Assembly: GCA_951406725.2 (NCBI GenBank)
Contig: OX597840.1
Location: 36,456,001-36,520,000 of the forward strand
Reading direction: 5' to 3'
DNA: 64,000 nt
DNA from: Octopus vulgaris
Lineage: Eukaryota
Shown: piece by piece, positions 50,001 through 63,510 of the stretch
How the letters are laid out: every line of letters begins with the position of its first letter
Numbering within the stretch: position 1 is the stretch's first letter
Position numbers and translations under genes: made by a program
Notes under the pieces: generated by a model
What the model saw: the letters and a program-made list of their open reading frames with translations, nothing else
Told to the model about the DNA's origin: nothing
Database searches by the model: none

Positions 50001-52013
50001 GCATGCCCCTTCTTCAAACTCAGCAAGTAATAAAAAAACAAAAACAACAACAAAAAGAAACTGGAATACTCAGCCAGTAGTTCAGCTGAAGAGACAAATG
50101 GTGGATGGTCATTGTTAAAAGAAAGAAACACCCATTTTCTTATTTCTTTACTACCCACAAGGGGCTAAACACAGAGATGACAAACAAGGACAGACAAACG
50201 GATTAAGTCGATTATATCGACCCCAGTGCATAACTGGTACTTATTTAATCGACCCTGAAAGGATGAAAGGCAAAGTCGACCTCGGTGGAATTTGAACTCA
50301 GAGAACGTAGCGGCAGATGAAATGCCGCTAAGCATTTCGCTCGGCGAGCTACTATTTCTACCATTTTCTTGTGTATATAAATGTCATCATCATCGTTTAA
50401 TGTACTTTGTTCAATGCCAGCATGGGTTCGAAGCCAGAGAATTGTGCCAAGTTCCAGAGTTTATTTGGCCTGATTTATACACCTGGACACCCGGACTAAA
50501 TGACAATCGCTTCACAAAGGGTATTGAATGCTTCTTTTTCAGACAACAGCATTGGTGAGGTCATCGAGTACTCTCAAGACAAATTCTCTCAACTTGGAGG
50601 GGGCAGAGTGCTGAGTGATGTGAAACTAGGATAGAGGGGTAGGAGCAAGGGTCTTGCTGAAGGGGTGAATATATAGCTTCCCCATCTAGAGAGAGATGAA
50701 ATCAAGGTACAAGGGGAATGTGTAAGGAAGGGAGAATAGAGATAGAGGAACAGAAAAAGAGGGTGGGTGAATATGAAGGGGGATGGGGGTTGATGTGGAT
50801 GCATTAAATATCAATTTGGGGGAGGGGAAGTGATGGAAATATGAGTGAGTCAAGGAGGAGGAAGAGGAAGAGATACAATATGAAGTGTAGTGGGGGGATG
50901 GGTACAATACCTGGGTGGGTACAATACCTGGGTGGGTTGCAGTTAGGAGAGAGATGAAGAGATAAGTGTTAGAAGATGAGTCGCGTGTGTGTGTGTGTGT
51001 GTGTGGGGGTCTTGACAGCCATCATAGTTTCCTCTCTTGCACATCCAATGTCTCTTACACTCAATTTCTTCTCTCCACACATTTGTAAAGATTTTTTTAC
51101 TTGTTTTAGTCATTAGATTGTGGCCATGCTGGGGCACTACATTGAAGAGTAGTTTTCAGTCAAATGAATCAACCTCAGTACTTTATTCTTTTAAAGCCTG
51201 GTACTTATTCTGTCAGTCTCTTTTGCGAAACTGCTAAGTCACAGAGATGTAAACAAACCAACAGCAGTTGTTGAACGTTGGTGGGGGATAAACACAGACA
51301 CATGCAATGGGCTTCTTTCAGTTGCCATCAACGAAATCCATTCACAAGGCTTTGGTTGGCCCAAGGCTATAGTGGAAGACACTTGCCCAATATGCCATGC
51401 AGTGGGACTGAACCTGGAACCAGGCAGTTGGGAAGCAAGATTCTTACCACACAGCCATGCATACACCTCTTCAATTTTCTTAGATTTTCAAATGTTTTTT
51501 ATATGCATATATTTTTTATTTCACTTGATATTTTTGAGTGTATATTCACTTAATGTGGAGGCGCGTGGCTTAGTGGTTAGGGTGTCAGCATCATGATCGT
51601 AAGATTGTGGTTTCAATTCCTGGACCAGTGTTCAACTGGTACTTATTTCATCAATCCCTAAAAGATGAAAGGTAAAGTCAACCTCAGCAGAATTTGAACT
51701 CAGAACGTAGCAATGGGCGAAATACCACTAAGCATTTCACCTAGCATGCTAACGATTTCACCAGCTTGCCACTTTAATAATAATAATCCTTTCTGTTATA
51801 GGTACAAGGCCTGAAATTTTGAGGGAGAGAACTAGTCAATTACATCGACCCCAGGATTTCACCGGTACTTAATTTATCAGTCCTGAAAGGAGGAAAGACA
51901 AAGTCGACCTCGGCGGAATTTGAACTCAGAATGTAGTGGCTAAGCATTTTGCCTGGCATGCTAACAACCCTGCCAGCTCACCACTTTAATAATAATAATA
52001 CTAATAATAATAC

Positions 52014-52047
<34 letters not shown>

Positions 52048-53381
52048 AATAAAATAGCAACATGATATGAATTAGCATATATTGTGTTTAGCATGGTTCA
52101 TTTGTTTTTGGGATTTTTTTTATTTCATAACCCCCCACTCCCCACCTTCCATTCTCGCAAACGTGTTATGTGGCGTCTTGTTATGTAGTATCTTGTCCCA
52201 ACATGTTCTCATCCTGTTTGATCACATTTATGCATACAACCCACCCCCACCACACGTGTCTAACTCCACCCTCTTTACCAGCTGTCCTTAGAATAAAAAA
52301 AAGTGTTTTACCCTCCCCCCCCCACGTCTTTTATCAATGTCTCTATCTCCCACAATGTATTGATTGGTTCTTACAGGAATGAATAAGAGCCATAAAGTAC
52401 GCATGAGAAAAGAAAGAAAGAAAGAGACAGATGGACTTCATTGATTGGTCAACAGATGTTTAAAAAAAATAAAATAAAATAAGATAAGATAAAAAAATAT
52501 ATATAAGACAAAGTCAATAAATATGTGTTGTATTGATTGGTTTCCGAAAAGAATAAAAGGAAGATATAAAGAAAAAAATATGTAAGCATCACTGAACGGT
52601 TTGTGAGAGAGAGAGTGAGTGAGAGAGAGAGGGAGGGAGAGAGAGGAAGAGAGAGAGAGTGAGAGAGAGAGGGAGAGAGAGGGAGGGAGAGAGAGTGAGT
52701 GAGAGAGAGAGTGAGAGAGAGAGAGTGAGAGTGAGAGAGAGAGAAAGAGAGAGAGAGAGTGCATGTGTTTGGACATGTATGCATCTGCACTAAAATGTGT
52801 ACATATTTAGGATAATAATAATTGTTGTAATAATGATAATTGTTTACAATTTTGGGGGGAGGGTAAGTTGAACAGATTGACCCCCCCAGTAATCACTGGT
52901 ACTTATTTCATTGATCCATAAGGATGAAAAGCAAGACAGCCTTTTGTGGTATTTGAACTCTGAGTGTAAAATGCCAAAGGAAAGGCCACCTACCACCATT
53001 CCGTCTGATGCGTTAACAGTTTTGTCAGCCAATAATGACAATGATTTCTTATATTCATCCCTGGGGCACCAATTAGGGGTGGGGCATTACAAGAACAGCT
53101 TACAGTTTGTATAATGGCTTACATAATAAAATAGGAAAGTGAAGGGAAGGAGATACGTGATAAAAAAAAAAAAGGATACCAAATATTTGAATGCAAAGAT
53201 GGTGCAGTCGTCCAATTACAGAAAAGGTTCAGATTAGAGACAGTTGAGGAACCCAACAAATTCAGGATTTTCCTGGCTACCAAAAGGCACAAACCTTCAC
53301 TTAACTATTCTGCTCTAATCTACAGGCTTCAGAGTAGTTCGATATACCCTGACTTCTTCAGCCTCCTTTTGACAAATTTGC

Positions 53382-53384
<3 letters not shown>

Positions 53385-53458
<74 letters not shown>
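53385..53458. repeat. (GA)n microsatellite
   Basis: Direct reading; a GA-rich tract also occurs at 52605-52759. Confidence 0.95.
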
Positions 53459-53466
<8 letters not shown>

Positions 53467-54289
53467 TGAGTACTTCCCCCCCACTTGCTTCCCTTTCCAA
53501 AGTAGGTTTCTATCTTCCATCCTTTCTACCCTGACCCCAGCACCACTCCTCCTGCCACTAAACACACCAACACCACCTTACCCACCCTGTGGAATCTCAT
53601 GCTTATTTACTAACATCTTTTTGAATTAATCATGCATTATTTCATAGCTTCAAGATTTCTATAATGTAATTGTTTATTTTTAGAATGACCTTGTAGGTCA
53701 TTCTAAATGTGCCCGTGATGAACCCAGCCCATAGCCAAATTTCTTCTATATACAACAAGAGCAGTTCCGCAAGCCAGCAACCCATAGACATTGCAAAAGT
53801 GCATGCGATGTGTTTCCGTTGCTCTGCAGGCATTTTAGACCATTCCACTTGGCAGCACTTTCCTATCTACAGAGTTTATCTTGAACTTGTAGTGTTCCTT
53901 GGGAGCTCTGCCAGGCCAAAGACTTCTGCTGACTATCCATTGGGGTACCTGCACCGAAAGTCCCTCAAAACAGACCAGCTAGGTCCCTAACAACATCATC
54001 ACACTTTTCCACTAGCCTTCGACATACTGTTAAAGTGCCCTGCATTGTGGTGTGATGAGGTGTGGTGTGGGGTGGTGGTGTGCATGGTGTGGTGATGTTG
54101 GGGTGTGGGGGAGGCGAGAATGGGGGAAGCAAGGGTGGGTTGGGATGGGATGTATAAGGATGGTGGGGTTGGAATGTGTAGGGGTGGGGTAACAAGGGAA
54201 GGGGTGACGATGAAGGGAGAAGGTGGATAGGAGGAAGTAGGTGTGAGAGGAAGGGAGGAGAGAAGAGGAGGGTTTGAAGAAGAGAGGAA

Positions 54290-54440
54290 GAGAGTTGAGC
54301 CCATATGACACAAAGGAGCGTAGAGAGAAGATTAATCCCTGCTCATGGTAAAGACGGGAGTCTGGATGGCTCCTGTGCAAGGACAATCCAAAAACAGACA
54401 GGTGTTGTAAAGAGTGACCGGTAGAGTGGAAATATGATTT
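54290..54440 (-). mobile_element. Penelope-like GIY-YIG C-terminal remnant
   Basis: FHSTGHSLQHLSVFGLSLHRSHPDSRLYHEQGLIFSLRSFVSYGLN; homologous to 1040-1195. Confidence 0.7.
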
Positions 54441-55308
54441 GTAGAATAATACATTAAAACCCATATATACCCATAAAAACATGAAGCCCTAAAGCTTAAT
54501 TTAATTTAGATTAAACGTTATGGGGTAAGCTTCCACAATCTAGAAGAGAAGGACAGTATGCAACTGTTAGCTACAGGTGTCGACTACCTTTTGGACATTT
54601 CGTATGCTCAGTCAGATGCTTCCAGGCGAGTTCATGTCCAAACACAACCAGGGGTATAAAAAGGGGTTTTAAGGAATTTTTTAAATGAGCATCAGTGGAT
54701 TAGTTGAATCCATGTATTGTGACTTTTTATCTCATCATCATCATTTAACATCTGTTGTCCATGCTGGCATGGGTTGGATGGTTCGACAAGAGTGGTCAAG
54801 TTGGAGGGATTTACCTGACTCCTGTCTGATTTGGCATGGTTTCTAGGGCTGGATGCCCTTCCTAACATGCCAACCACTTTACAGAGTGTGCTGGATGCTT
54901 TTATGTGGCTCCACGTGAACACAGAGGTACTTTTATGCGGCATCGCCATGAGTGCTTTATACCACCAAAGAGACCAATCAACCTATAACGATTGCTTAGA
55001 AACTTCCTGCATCTAGTTTATTATTATCATCAGAAACACTTATTGCTTACAAGTTTTTGATAAAGTCACTAATTAATTAACCTATATTTTATATGGATAT
55101 GGAAAGTCTACTGTTTATTTAACTTTAAAATCACTCTGCAAATGGCCTGTGGGCAAAGTTTTCTCGAAACTTGCATGTATGCAACTATTTTCTGTTAAGG
55201 AAAGAAAAAAAATGTGCACACACAAGTTTTTAAAGATGAAATCAAATTTTTAGGTATTAAAGAAATTTGTGTGGCAGTTCCTCTCTCTCTCTCTCTCTCT
55301 CTCTCTGG

Positions 55309-55343
55309 TTCCCCTCCCACCTATTTTTAGTGTGATAAAACAT
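55309..55343. promoter_or_regulatory. Candidate enhancer module: CACC box + MEF2 site + GATA site (copy 1; copy 2 at 56215-56249)
   Basis: ttCCCCTCCCACCTATTTTTAGtgTGATAAaacat. CTATTTTTAG fits the MEF2 consensus YTAWWWWTAR. Confidence 0.4.
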
Positions 55344-56902
55344 CAACTAATTTCTGTGACAGTTCTTCACACATGTACTTTGCAAAAAAAGAAACAAAAC
55401 AAAAACAAACAAACAAAATTTGCACACACTGCACATTTCAATGCACACTCAACGAAATAAGTACGGCTTAGGGTAAGTGATGGGGGCTGGAGTGAAAATA
55501 TTGAAAATCAGCAGGAAAAGGAACCATTATTTATACAATGGTAAGGGGGCCTAGTGAAAAGAAGTGAACTTTAGAAGGAACCGAATGAAAAAAAAATGTA
55601 ATAAATGTTTTGGCAGTCAGCCTTTTTCTGTATTTGTTGTAATATATATGTGGAACTAAAGTTGGATAAATTATTTAAATTGCATAAGGACTTTATAATG
55701 GCTGTGCCTGCTATATATATATGTATATATATATATGTATATATATAGAGATGTATATAAGGGAGAAAGTGATCTGAAAAATATATACTTATATCCATAG
55801 AAATACTTACATATACATACACAAACCTTTATTTTAAACCTATTTAATTCTAAAACAAACATTTCATTTTAGTAAATTGTCTTTTAGTAGAATATTGGTG
55901 AAATAATATGAAAAAAAAAACCAAAACAAAACAATAAAACGAAACTACACAAAAAAATGAAAGAAAATGGAAAGAAAACATAAACACAAACAACATACAA
56001 AAAGTAATAAAATCTAAAAAGCAGAAAATAAAAAAAAAGACAGTATTTTTATGTAAAAAAGAAATTGCATGAGAATGGAGTAAGATTTGTTTCTTCTCAG
56101 AGCATGTGACGAAAGGGTAGAAAGAGTAGAAAGGGTGGGTGTCCTAGTTTTAATCTGCAATTTCTTCAATTTCATTCCTGTGGAGGAGCCATTCCATTCC
56201 TCCCTCTCCCCAGTTTCCCCTCCCACCTATTTTTAGTGGGATAAAACATACACAAAAGAAGCAATCAAAAGTACAAATTGGTGGGAAGCGGGGAAAGCTG
56301 ATGAAATCAGCCCCTAATGTCTGACTGGTATTTACTTTAGAGCCAATGAAGTATGGTCATACCTATTTCTTTACTACCCACAAGGGGCTAAACACAGAAG
56401 GGACAAACAAGGATAGACAAACAGATTAAGTAGATTACACTGACCCCAGTGCGTAACTAGTACTTAATTTATCGACCCTGAAAGGATGAAAGGCAAAGTT
56501 GACCTCGGCGGAATTTGAACTCAGAATGTAACGGCAGACGTAATACAGCTAAGCATTTCGCCCGGCGTGCTAACGTTTCTGCCAGCTCGCTGCCCTTGAT
56601 ATCACAAGCCATTCCCTCTGAATCAAACCCTATCTTACTCATTGGGGAAGGAAGTTGTAGATGTAATCTTCAACGTAAAGAAAGATAATCCAGGATGGTC
56701 ATTGTTGGACTACTTTTAATTCATAGTTTTATTCAACTAAAGAACAGATAAAGTTAAATAATGTAATTCTGTAATTCTGAGATGAGGAATTTTATGTTAC
56801 GATTACATTAGCTGGAGTGATGTCCCCATCTTGAATGCTTTTGTTTTTCCTTTAGCAGAAATGGAAGGGGAAAAAAAAAGCAACAGTCATGATAAGGACA
56901 CC

Positions 56903-57163
56903 ATTACATTATTTACATTTGATGGATATTTGTCCTCAACACAACGTTTTGGCTGATATACCCCCCTAGCCTTCATCAAGTATTTTGGGGAAATTTCGAA
57001 CCAGGGTTCTCATTCCTAAGGTATTTTTTTATGTTGTTGTTATTATTATTAGTAGTAGTATTAGTATTAGTATTACTATTATTATTATTCAGGTCACTAT
57101 CTGGAATCAAACTTGGAATCTTGGGGTTAGTATCCTGCGCTCTTAACCACTACACCATATGCA
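56903..57163 (-). mobile_element. Solo copy of the hammerhead-bearing tRNA-headed SINE
   Basis: Colinear with 18560-18810. Head gcatatggtgtagtggttaagagcgcagg...gtttgattcc; decayed hammerhead at 56938-56984. Confidence 0.8.
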
Positions 57164-58348
57164 CCAGACTCCAGTCTGTTTCGGCATGGTTTCTACAGCT
57201 GAATGCCTTTCCTAACACCAACCACTTTACAGAGTGTGGGCGCTGCCCCCCCCCCCACTCCTAAGGTGCTCTAGTCAGTGTTTTACCAATTTTCAGTCTC
57301 TGTGTTCAAACCTCCAAAACGTCAACTTGCCATTTCGTTATTACAAGATCAAGTAACCATTCTGTGATGCCTTAAATTATTGGAGTGGTCGGCAAGAAGC
57401 CCAGATGCAGGGACCACGTTGTTTCTTTGCAATCAAAGTTCAAACTCTGTCAAGGCATTCAAAGATGGAAACACAAGAAATGGATTCTGTTGTCATTTAG
57501 ATAAACTAAAGAAGCAATAACGGGTGGAATATTTTTGATTTCTGATCTGATTAATCAGGTGTAATAACATGGAAGAAGTGATTGGGGGTGGGGGGTAAGC
57601 AACAACGAAAGACTGTTACACAAATTGCCAAACTTTCAAAAATTCTTTTTTGGTTAACATTATCTGAATTATCTCTCCCTTGGCTGTTTACAAAATTTTT
57701 CCACTCTCTGCCAGGGAGTTTTTGTTTGCTAACAGCAGGGATAATTTCAGTGAAGTAAACTTTTTCAATTTAAAATATATTACATGGTGAAATTACATTA
57801 GTAACGAGATATTTAATAAACAAATTCCACTTAGTGCAAGCAAGACACAAATTTAATAAGAATAAGGAAAAGAAGTAGGGGTGGTGGTGGTGGGGAGGGG
57901 AGAGTGAGGGGAAGGAGGAGGAGGAGGGGGGAATATTTCAGTAAGAATAAATTTAGTGTTTTATTTTCTATTTTTAATAACTAGAATATGATGATGATGA
58001 TGATGAATATATTCTTACATCTAAGCCAGATGTGAAGCTTTGTAAATTTTCATCCTACACACAATCTTGGAAACTAGTTCTGTATGATACATCCCTCTCT
58101 CTTTTCTCGACTACCATGACCACCATGACCACCACCACGGGCAACATCTCCAGTCTCTGTCTGCTCGCTCCTACCACCTCTTTCTCTTTGTTCATCCACC
58201 ATCTTGATTACCTTCAGATCCTATGTCAATGAAGGGGGCGGGGCGAGAACTAAAACAAAAAACATCAATAAATGAGATCTTGTCTGCACATGTCTTTTTG
58301 CTTCCGTGAGCATTTTGTCTGCATATGTGATGTGTATGTGCATGTATG

Positions 58349-58394
<46 letters not shown>

Positions 58395-58940
58395 GGAGGT
58401 TTATTTTTCTTGCATGAATGCAAGGCCTAAAACATTTACATAAACGTCAATGACAAATCCAATTTTAATGTCTGTTGTTTTTGATGAGATACACCTGGAA
58501 GGTGGGTACATATTTCAATTACAGGACTTTGATGCTTTCAAAATCGTTTTGCCTCACTTAAGTACCAAGATGTGTCTGTGTTTGTCCATCTCTGACAACC
58601 CCTCACTCCGACCCAACATGTTGGTTCGAGTTGGATGTGTCTTTTGCTGGATGCCCTTCCTGATACCAAACCCTTGTAGCTTCTTACAACAAGAACTGGT
58701 ACAGCATACCTAGCTTTCAAAAGTTGGTTTATGTACATATTCTTTTATTCTTTTATTTGTTTCAGTCATTTTACTGTGGCCATGCTGGAGCACTGCCTTT
58801 AGTCACACAAATTGACCCCAGGCCTTATTGTTTATAAGCCTAGTACTTATTCTATTGGTCTCTTTTGCTGAACTGCTAAGTTACGGGGATGTAAACACAT
58901 CAACATCGGTTGCCAGGTGATGGTGGATGGACAAACACAG

Positions 58941-58971
<31 letters not shown>

Positions 58972-59241
58972 CAAAGGGCTTCTTTCAGTTTCCATCAACC
59001 AAATCCACTCACACAGCCTTTGTTGGCCCGAGAAGACACTTGCCCAAGGCGCCACGCAGTGGGACTGAACCTGGAACCATGTGGTTGGTAAGCAAGCTAC
59101 TTACCACACAGCCACTCCTGTGCCTAGGTGTTATATCTAGCAATGTAGGTGACCAAAGCCATATCAGTATATTTGGTTGATAGAAACTGAAAGAAGCCCA
59201 TCATATATACAGACATACATTTATATATACATACACACATA

Positions 59242-60090
59242 CTGGGTGCGATGGGTAAATTGTTGCCATTTTATATTTTTAATTTCATGCAAACACATTG
59301 TTTATTTCTGATTTTGTCAACTACACAGTATAGTAGGGTCAGTTGGGCACCGTCTGTGAGGAAAACAGCAACATGACGCAATTCACTCTATCAGAAATTT
59401 GGAAACAACATGCCGTGCTGCTTGGCATTCATGCCAGAAGCTTCAATATGAACATTTCAGAGGGTCTGGGTGTCAGTCTGAGGTCGTGTACCGAGAGAGA
59501 TAAAAATCAAACATCCAGTCAACATCATGGTGTTTGGAGTGATCACTAGTGATGGTAATGTTATGCCTCCAGTCATCTTACAACACGGTCTCGGACTGAA
59601 CAGGGAGGCCTACATCAAGTGCCTGGAAGAGGTAGTGCTGCCTTGAGTCAAGAGGGTGACTGTTGGAAGACCCTGTGTCTGCCAACAGGACTCTGCACCA
59701 TGCCACACAAGCATTCATGACTGTCAGACAGTTTCTGTGACCACATCACCCCTAACGTCTGGCCATCTAACTCCCCTTTGATTATTATTTGTGGGGAGCA
59801 GTTGAGCGAGAGACCAACAAAACTCCTTGCAACACCAAAGATGAACCAAAAGCAAAGATTATGGCAGCATTCATCAACTTAAACAAGGAGAACATCAAGA
59901 AGAGTTGCAGGAGATTCCAAAGTCGTCTGGAGGCCAAGGTTGAAACCAATGGCGATATTATTAAACAAATTTACTCTTTAGTATTTCAAGATATTTTTAT
60001 GTAATTTTGGTAAATATACCTCTGAAAATGAGATGTCAGTGTTATTTGAATTTTTTGTGCTATTTAGACAACAGTTTATTCACTCCACCC

Positions 60091-60092
<2 letters not shown>
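59242..60092 (+). mobile_element. Tc1/mariner superfamily transposon remnant (maT/DD37D-like), internally deleted
   Basis: KHPVNIMVFGVITSDG ... QQDSAPCHT ... WPSNSP ... DYYLWGAVE ... CRRFQSRLEA. Degenerate TIRs flanked by TA. Confidence 0.82.
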
Positions 60093-60121
<29 letters not shown>

Positions 60122-62043
60122 TCCCCCACTGCTTGACAACTGGTGTGGCTGTGTTTACATCTCCATAACTTAGTAGTTCGGCAAAAGAGACTGATAAAAT
60201 AAGTACCAAGCTTAAAAATCAAAAAAAATCTGGGTTTGATTCATTCAACCAAAAGAGATCACCAAAGTGGTGCTCCAGTTTGGTCGCAGTCTATTAAGTG
60301 AAACAAGTAAAAAAGATAAAACAGAAAAGATGGTCTCTATGTCATAGGAAGCAAATAGCTTGAGAAAATGAACAATAAGTGGTGAGGAGGGAGTGAGGGA
60401 GTCCTGGGCCCCCTTGCAGTGCAGCTACTAGTCAATAAAATAATACAATAAAAACTGTATAAAAATCTGCAGGGTACCTTGTGGCTTGACTACCAGCAAA
60501 CCTTTGACAACCTACCATATGGGTGGATTATCAAAGCATTCATTTATGATATTCTCCCAACCATTGTTAACTGCTATTCAAACACCTGACCAACATTTGC
60601 TAAACCATATTACATCAAAGAGGTGAGAAGAAACCATTCAAATCTGACATTCTGTTCGTTACCACAGCTCTCTTTTGTTGAAGCCATTATCACACCTGTT
60701 CAGAATCATAGTGTTGCAAATGGACAGCTTGAATCCCAAAATGTCTCTTATCTTTTCTTTGAAGAAGACTTGAAGCTACGTCCAGTGAAATATCAACTAC
60801 AAGAAAAAGGAATTGGTTCTTATGACTCAGTATTCCATAAATACTGGAATGAAATTTGGTGAGTCCAGATGGGCATTTTTTTTTATGGTAAGTCAACTAG
60901 TGACCATCTCCCACCAAAAAAAAAAAAAAAAAAAGGAGCATCTTAACGATGCAACCTTTATATTCAGCTGAGAACTACAAGAATTATGAATAAGGTGAGA
61001 ATCTCAATTATGATGGATGAAACAATAAGGTGAGGCCAAGAAATGAATACCTTGAAATACCAAAAGGGGACAGCCTGCCACAAGTATAGTGCTGGCAACA
61101 GTTTGGCAGTGCCTATTGTAGCACCTAAATTTTGGCTTTCTGAAGTGATGGTCACAACAAGAACTTAGTGAGACTGATGTAGTCATGGAGAAATTGCTCA
61201 GTGGTACTGGAAATTTGACCATTAATGTAAAAAGAAAAAGATATTTCCCAAATTATTGGTGTAGGTATGGCCATGTGGTAAGAAGTTGGCTTCACAGTGG
61301 CAGAGTTTCAAGTTCAATCTCACTGCATGGCACCTTGGGCAAGCATCCTCTACTTTATTTCTGGGTTAACCAAGGCTTTGTGAACTGATTTGGTAGACAG
61401 AAACTGAAAGAAGCCTGTTGCATATGTCTGTGAGAGTTTATTACTAACCCCATGCCTTGATGTTGCATGAGAGTCATACATGAGAGTCATGCATGAGAGT
61501 CACAGTCATACAAGTGGTGCCCTTCGCTTCTAGTCTTCTGTCTGGACATGGGGTAAATATTACTTTACTTGGAAATAGGTGAGGGTTGGTGACAGGAAGG
61601 GCATCCTGCCGTAGAAAATCCATCTCAACAAGTTTTGCTTGACTCATGCGAGCATGGAAAATCGGACATTAAAATGATGATGATGATGATGGATGTTATC
61701 GCCTTAAATAAGCTGAAGCCTGAAAGCACCAAAGAAAGATCTCCAGCAGAACAAAAGGTGCAGCAATGGTCTGGCTCAAGTTGTGAGCATGAGAATAACA
61801 AAGAAATCGTTTGGATAATGAATCAATGAATTTAACGAGAGACATGAAATGAAAGCCAACTCAGATTTCTCCCCAAGAAACACTGGAGAATTGTATTTTA
61901 AACTATAACAAAACCATAAGTATCCCTATTCACTGAGATGGCTGAACGTGGGAACCTGAAATGGTTGTTAGCCTTGGAGAGAGAATAACTCACACGAAAA
62001 GCCTAGCATGGAATCTGAGGAATTTACAATGTCTCACCTTTAA

Positions 62044-62264
62044 CCCTTTCATTACTGTATTTATTTTGAGATGCTCTATGTTTCTTTCAATTATTTTAAA
62101 TATAACAAAGAATTTAGTAAAATAACTTCGTTATCATTTAGCTAGTGTTTGGAACATAAATTGTGACTAAGGTTTGGTGGTATATTTTAATGCAAAACTT
62201 ATGAAAACAAGACATTTGTACTACAGAGCCAGAGCTGGTTTTGGCCGGGTTGGTAATGAAAGGG
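62044..62264. mobile_element. piggyBac-type MITE (family 1), copy 2
   Basis: TTAA|CCCTTTCATTAC ... GTAATGAAAGGG|TTAA; 221 bp, colinear with 48140-48360. Confidence 0.9.
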
Positions 62265-62779
62265 TTAAGGTTATCTGCATACAATTGAGGAACAAGAAAT
62301 TCCCTTCAAATACCTTCTACACAAAAGACTGGGTCAACTGACAACAAATGTAGGCAAAACCATAATTGAAGGCATTAGCTATATCATTGCCAATTAGAAG
62401 AGATATTTCTAGATTCTGTCTTAAAGTAAGGGAAATATTATAAAGTAAAACAAACTGAAACAATCTGGAAAGGAGCAAAAATCAATATTTAAAATAATAA
62501 TGATCAATACACTGAGACCAATAGATCTGAAAAATATTGGTGAAGTCTAAGAACAAAAGCAACGGCCAAATTCAAAATGCAACTGATCTGATCTTGTTAA
62601 TTGGGGTTGAAAAATAGGTTCTGCCACCATTTTAAATCAATGTGGTTAGAAAAATACAGAAGAAAGACAATATGTGGGGCTCATAGATTAGTAGTTTGTA
62701 AATCCTGTACCCTACATCCACTTTCAGCTTTATATCCCCATTAATACGGGAGTAATACCAACTCATTTCCTCTGTTATA

Positions 62780-63510
62780 GATGCCCATGGTCACCAGCTA
62801 TGGCAATGATACAAAATTATCTCAGGCAATAAAAAAATCAAGATGACGTTGTAAGCTTACAGTGGAACCTGAATTTGAGATACACGTCGTTTGAAATAAA
62901 CAACATGCAGTTTAATGCTGGAAAATTTCAAGCACTGCACTATCAACCCACAAATGCACTACAGCCTGCACATACAGGACCCAAAGACACTACAATCCTA
63001 GAGTCATAAGCAGTGAAAGACTTGGGGATCAGTATATGCAATTGCACACTTTACATGCACATTACCAAGGTGGCAGCAAAGTGCAAACAAGTGGTAGGAT
63101 GGATACTAAGGTCCTTCAAGACAAGAGACCAAGAAACTCTGTTGACCCTGTGGAGAACCTTCATTCTTAACAGCCTGACTACTGCTCCCACTTATGGTCA
63201 CCACATAACAACCAAGCTAACAGTAGAGCTTGAAGCAGTCCAACACCACTACACACAAAGATTGAAACAGTGCAATGGATGAGTTAAGGGGATAGGTTGA
63301 GAAAACAGCAAATTTACTCCCTGGAGTGAAGGCGCAGCAGATGTGTAATGATGTAGAGATGGAAAACTCTAGAAGGGCTTGTAACTAATTTCGGCATTGA
63401 GTGTTATACAAATGCCAGACTGGCGACCATTGAATTGTACCAAAGGTACCATTCATTCCATCTGAATTCAGGACCAGGTACTGCAATAGTCTAGGGCTCA
63501 AAGGCCCACA
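62780..63510 (+). mobile_element. CR1/L2-like LINE RT C-terminal fragment
   Basis: SYGNDTKL (YADDTK relic), NNMQFNAGKF, VKDLGI, GWILRSFKTRD, ELEAVQ, LYSLE-like motif. Confidence 0.75.
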
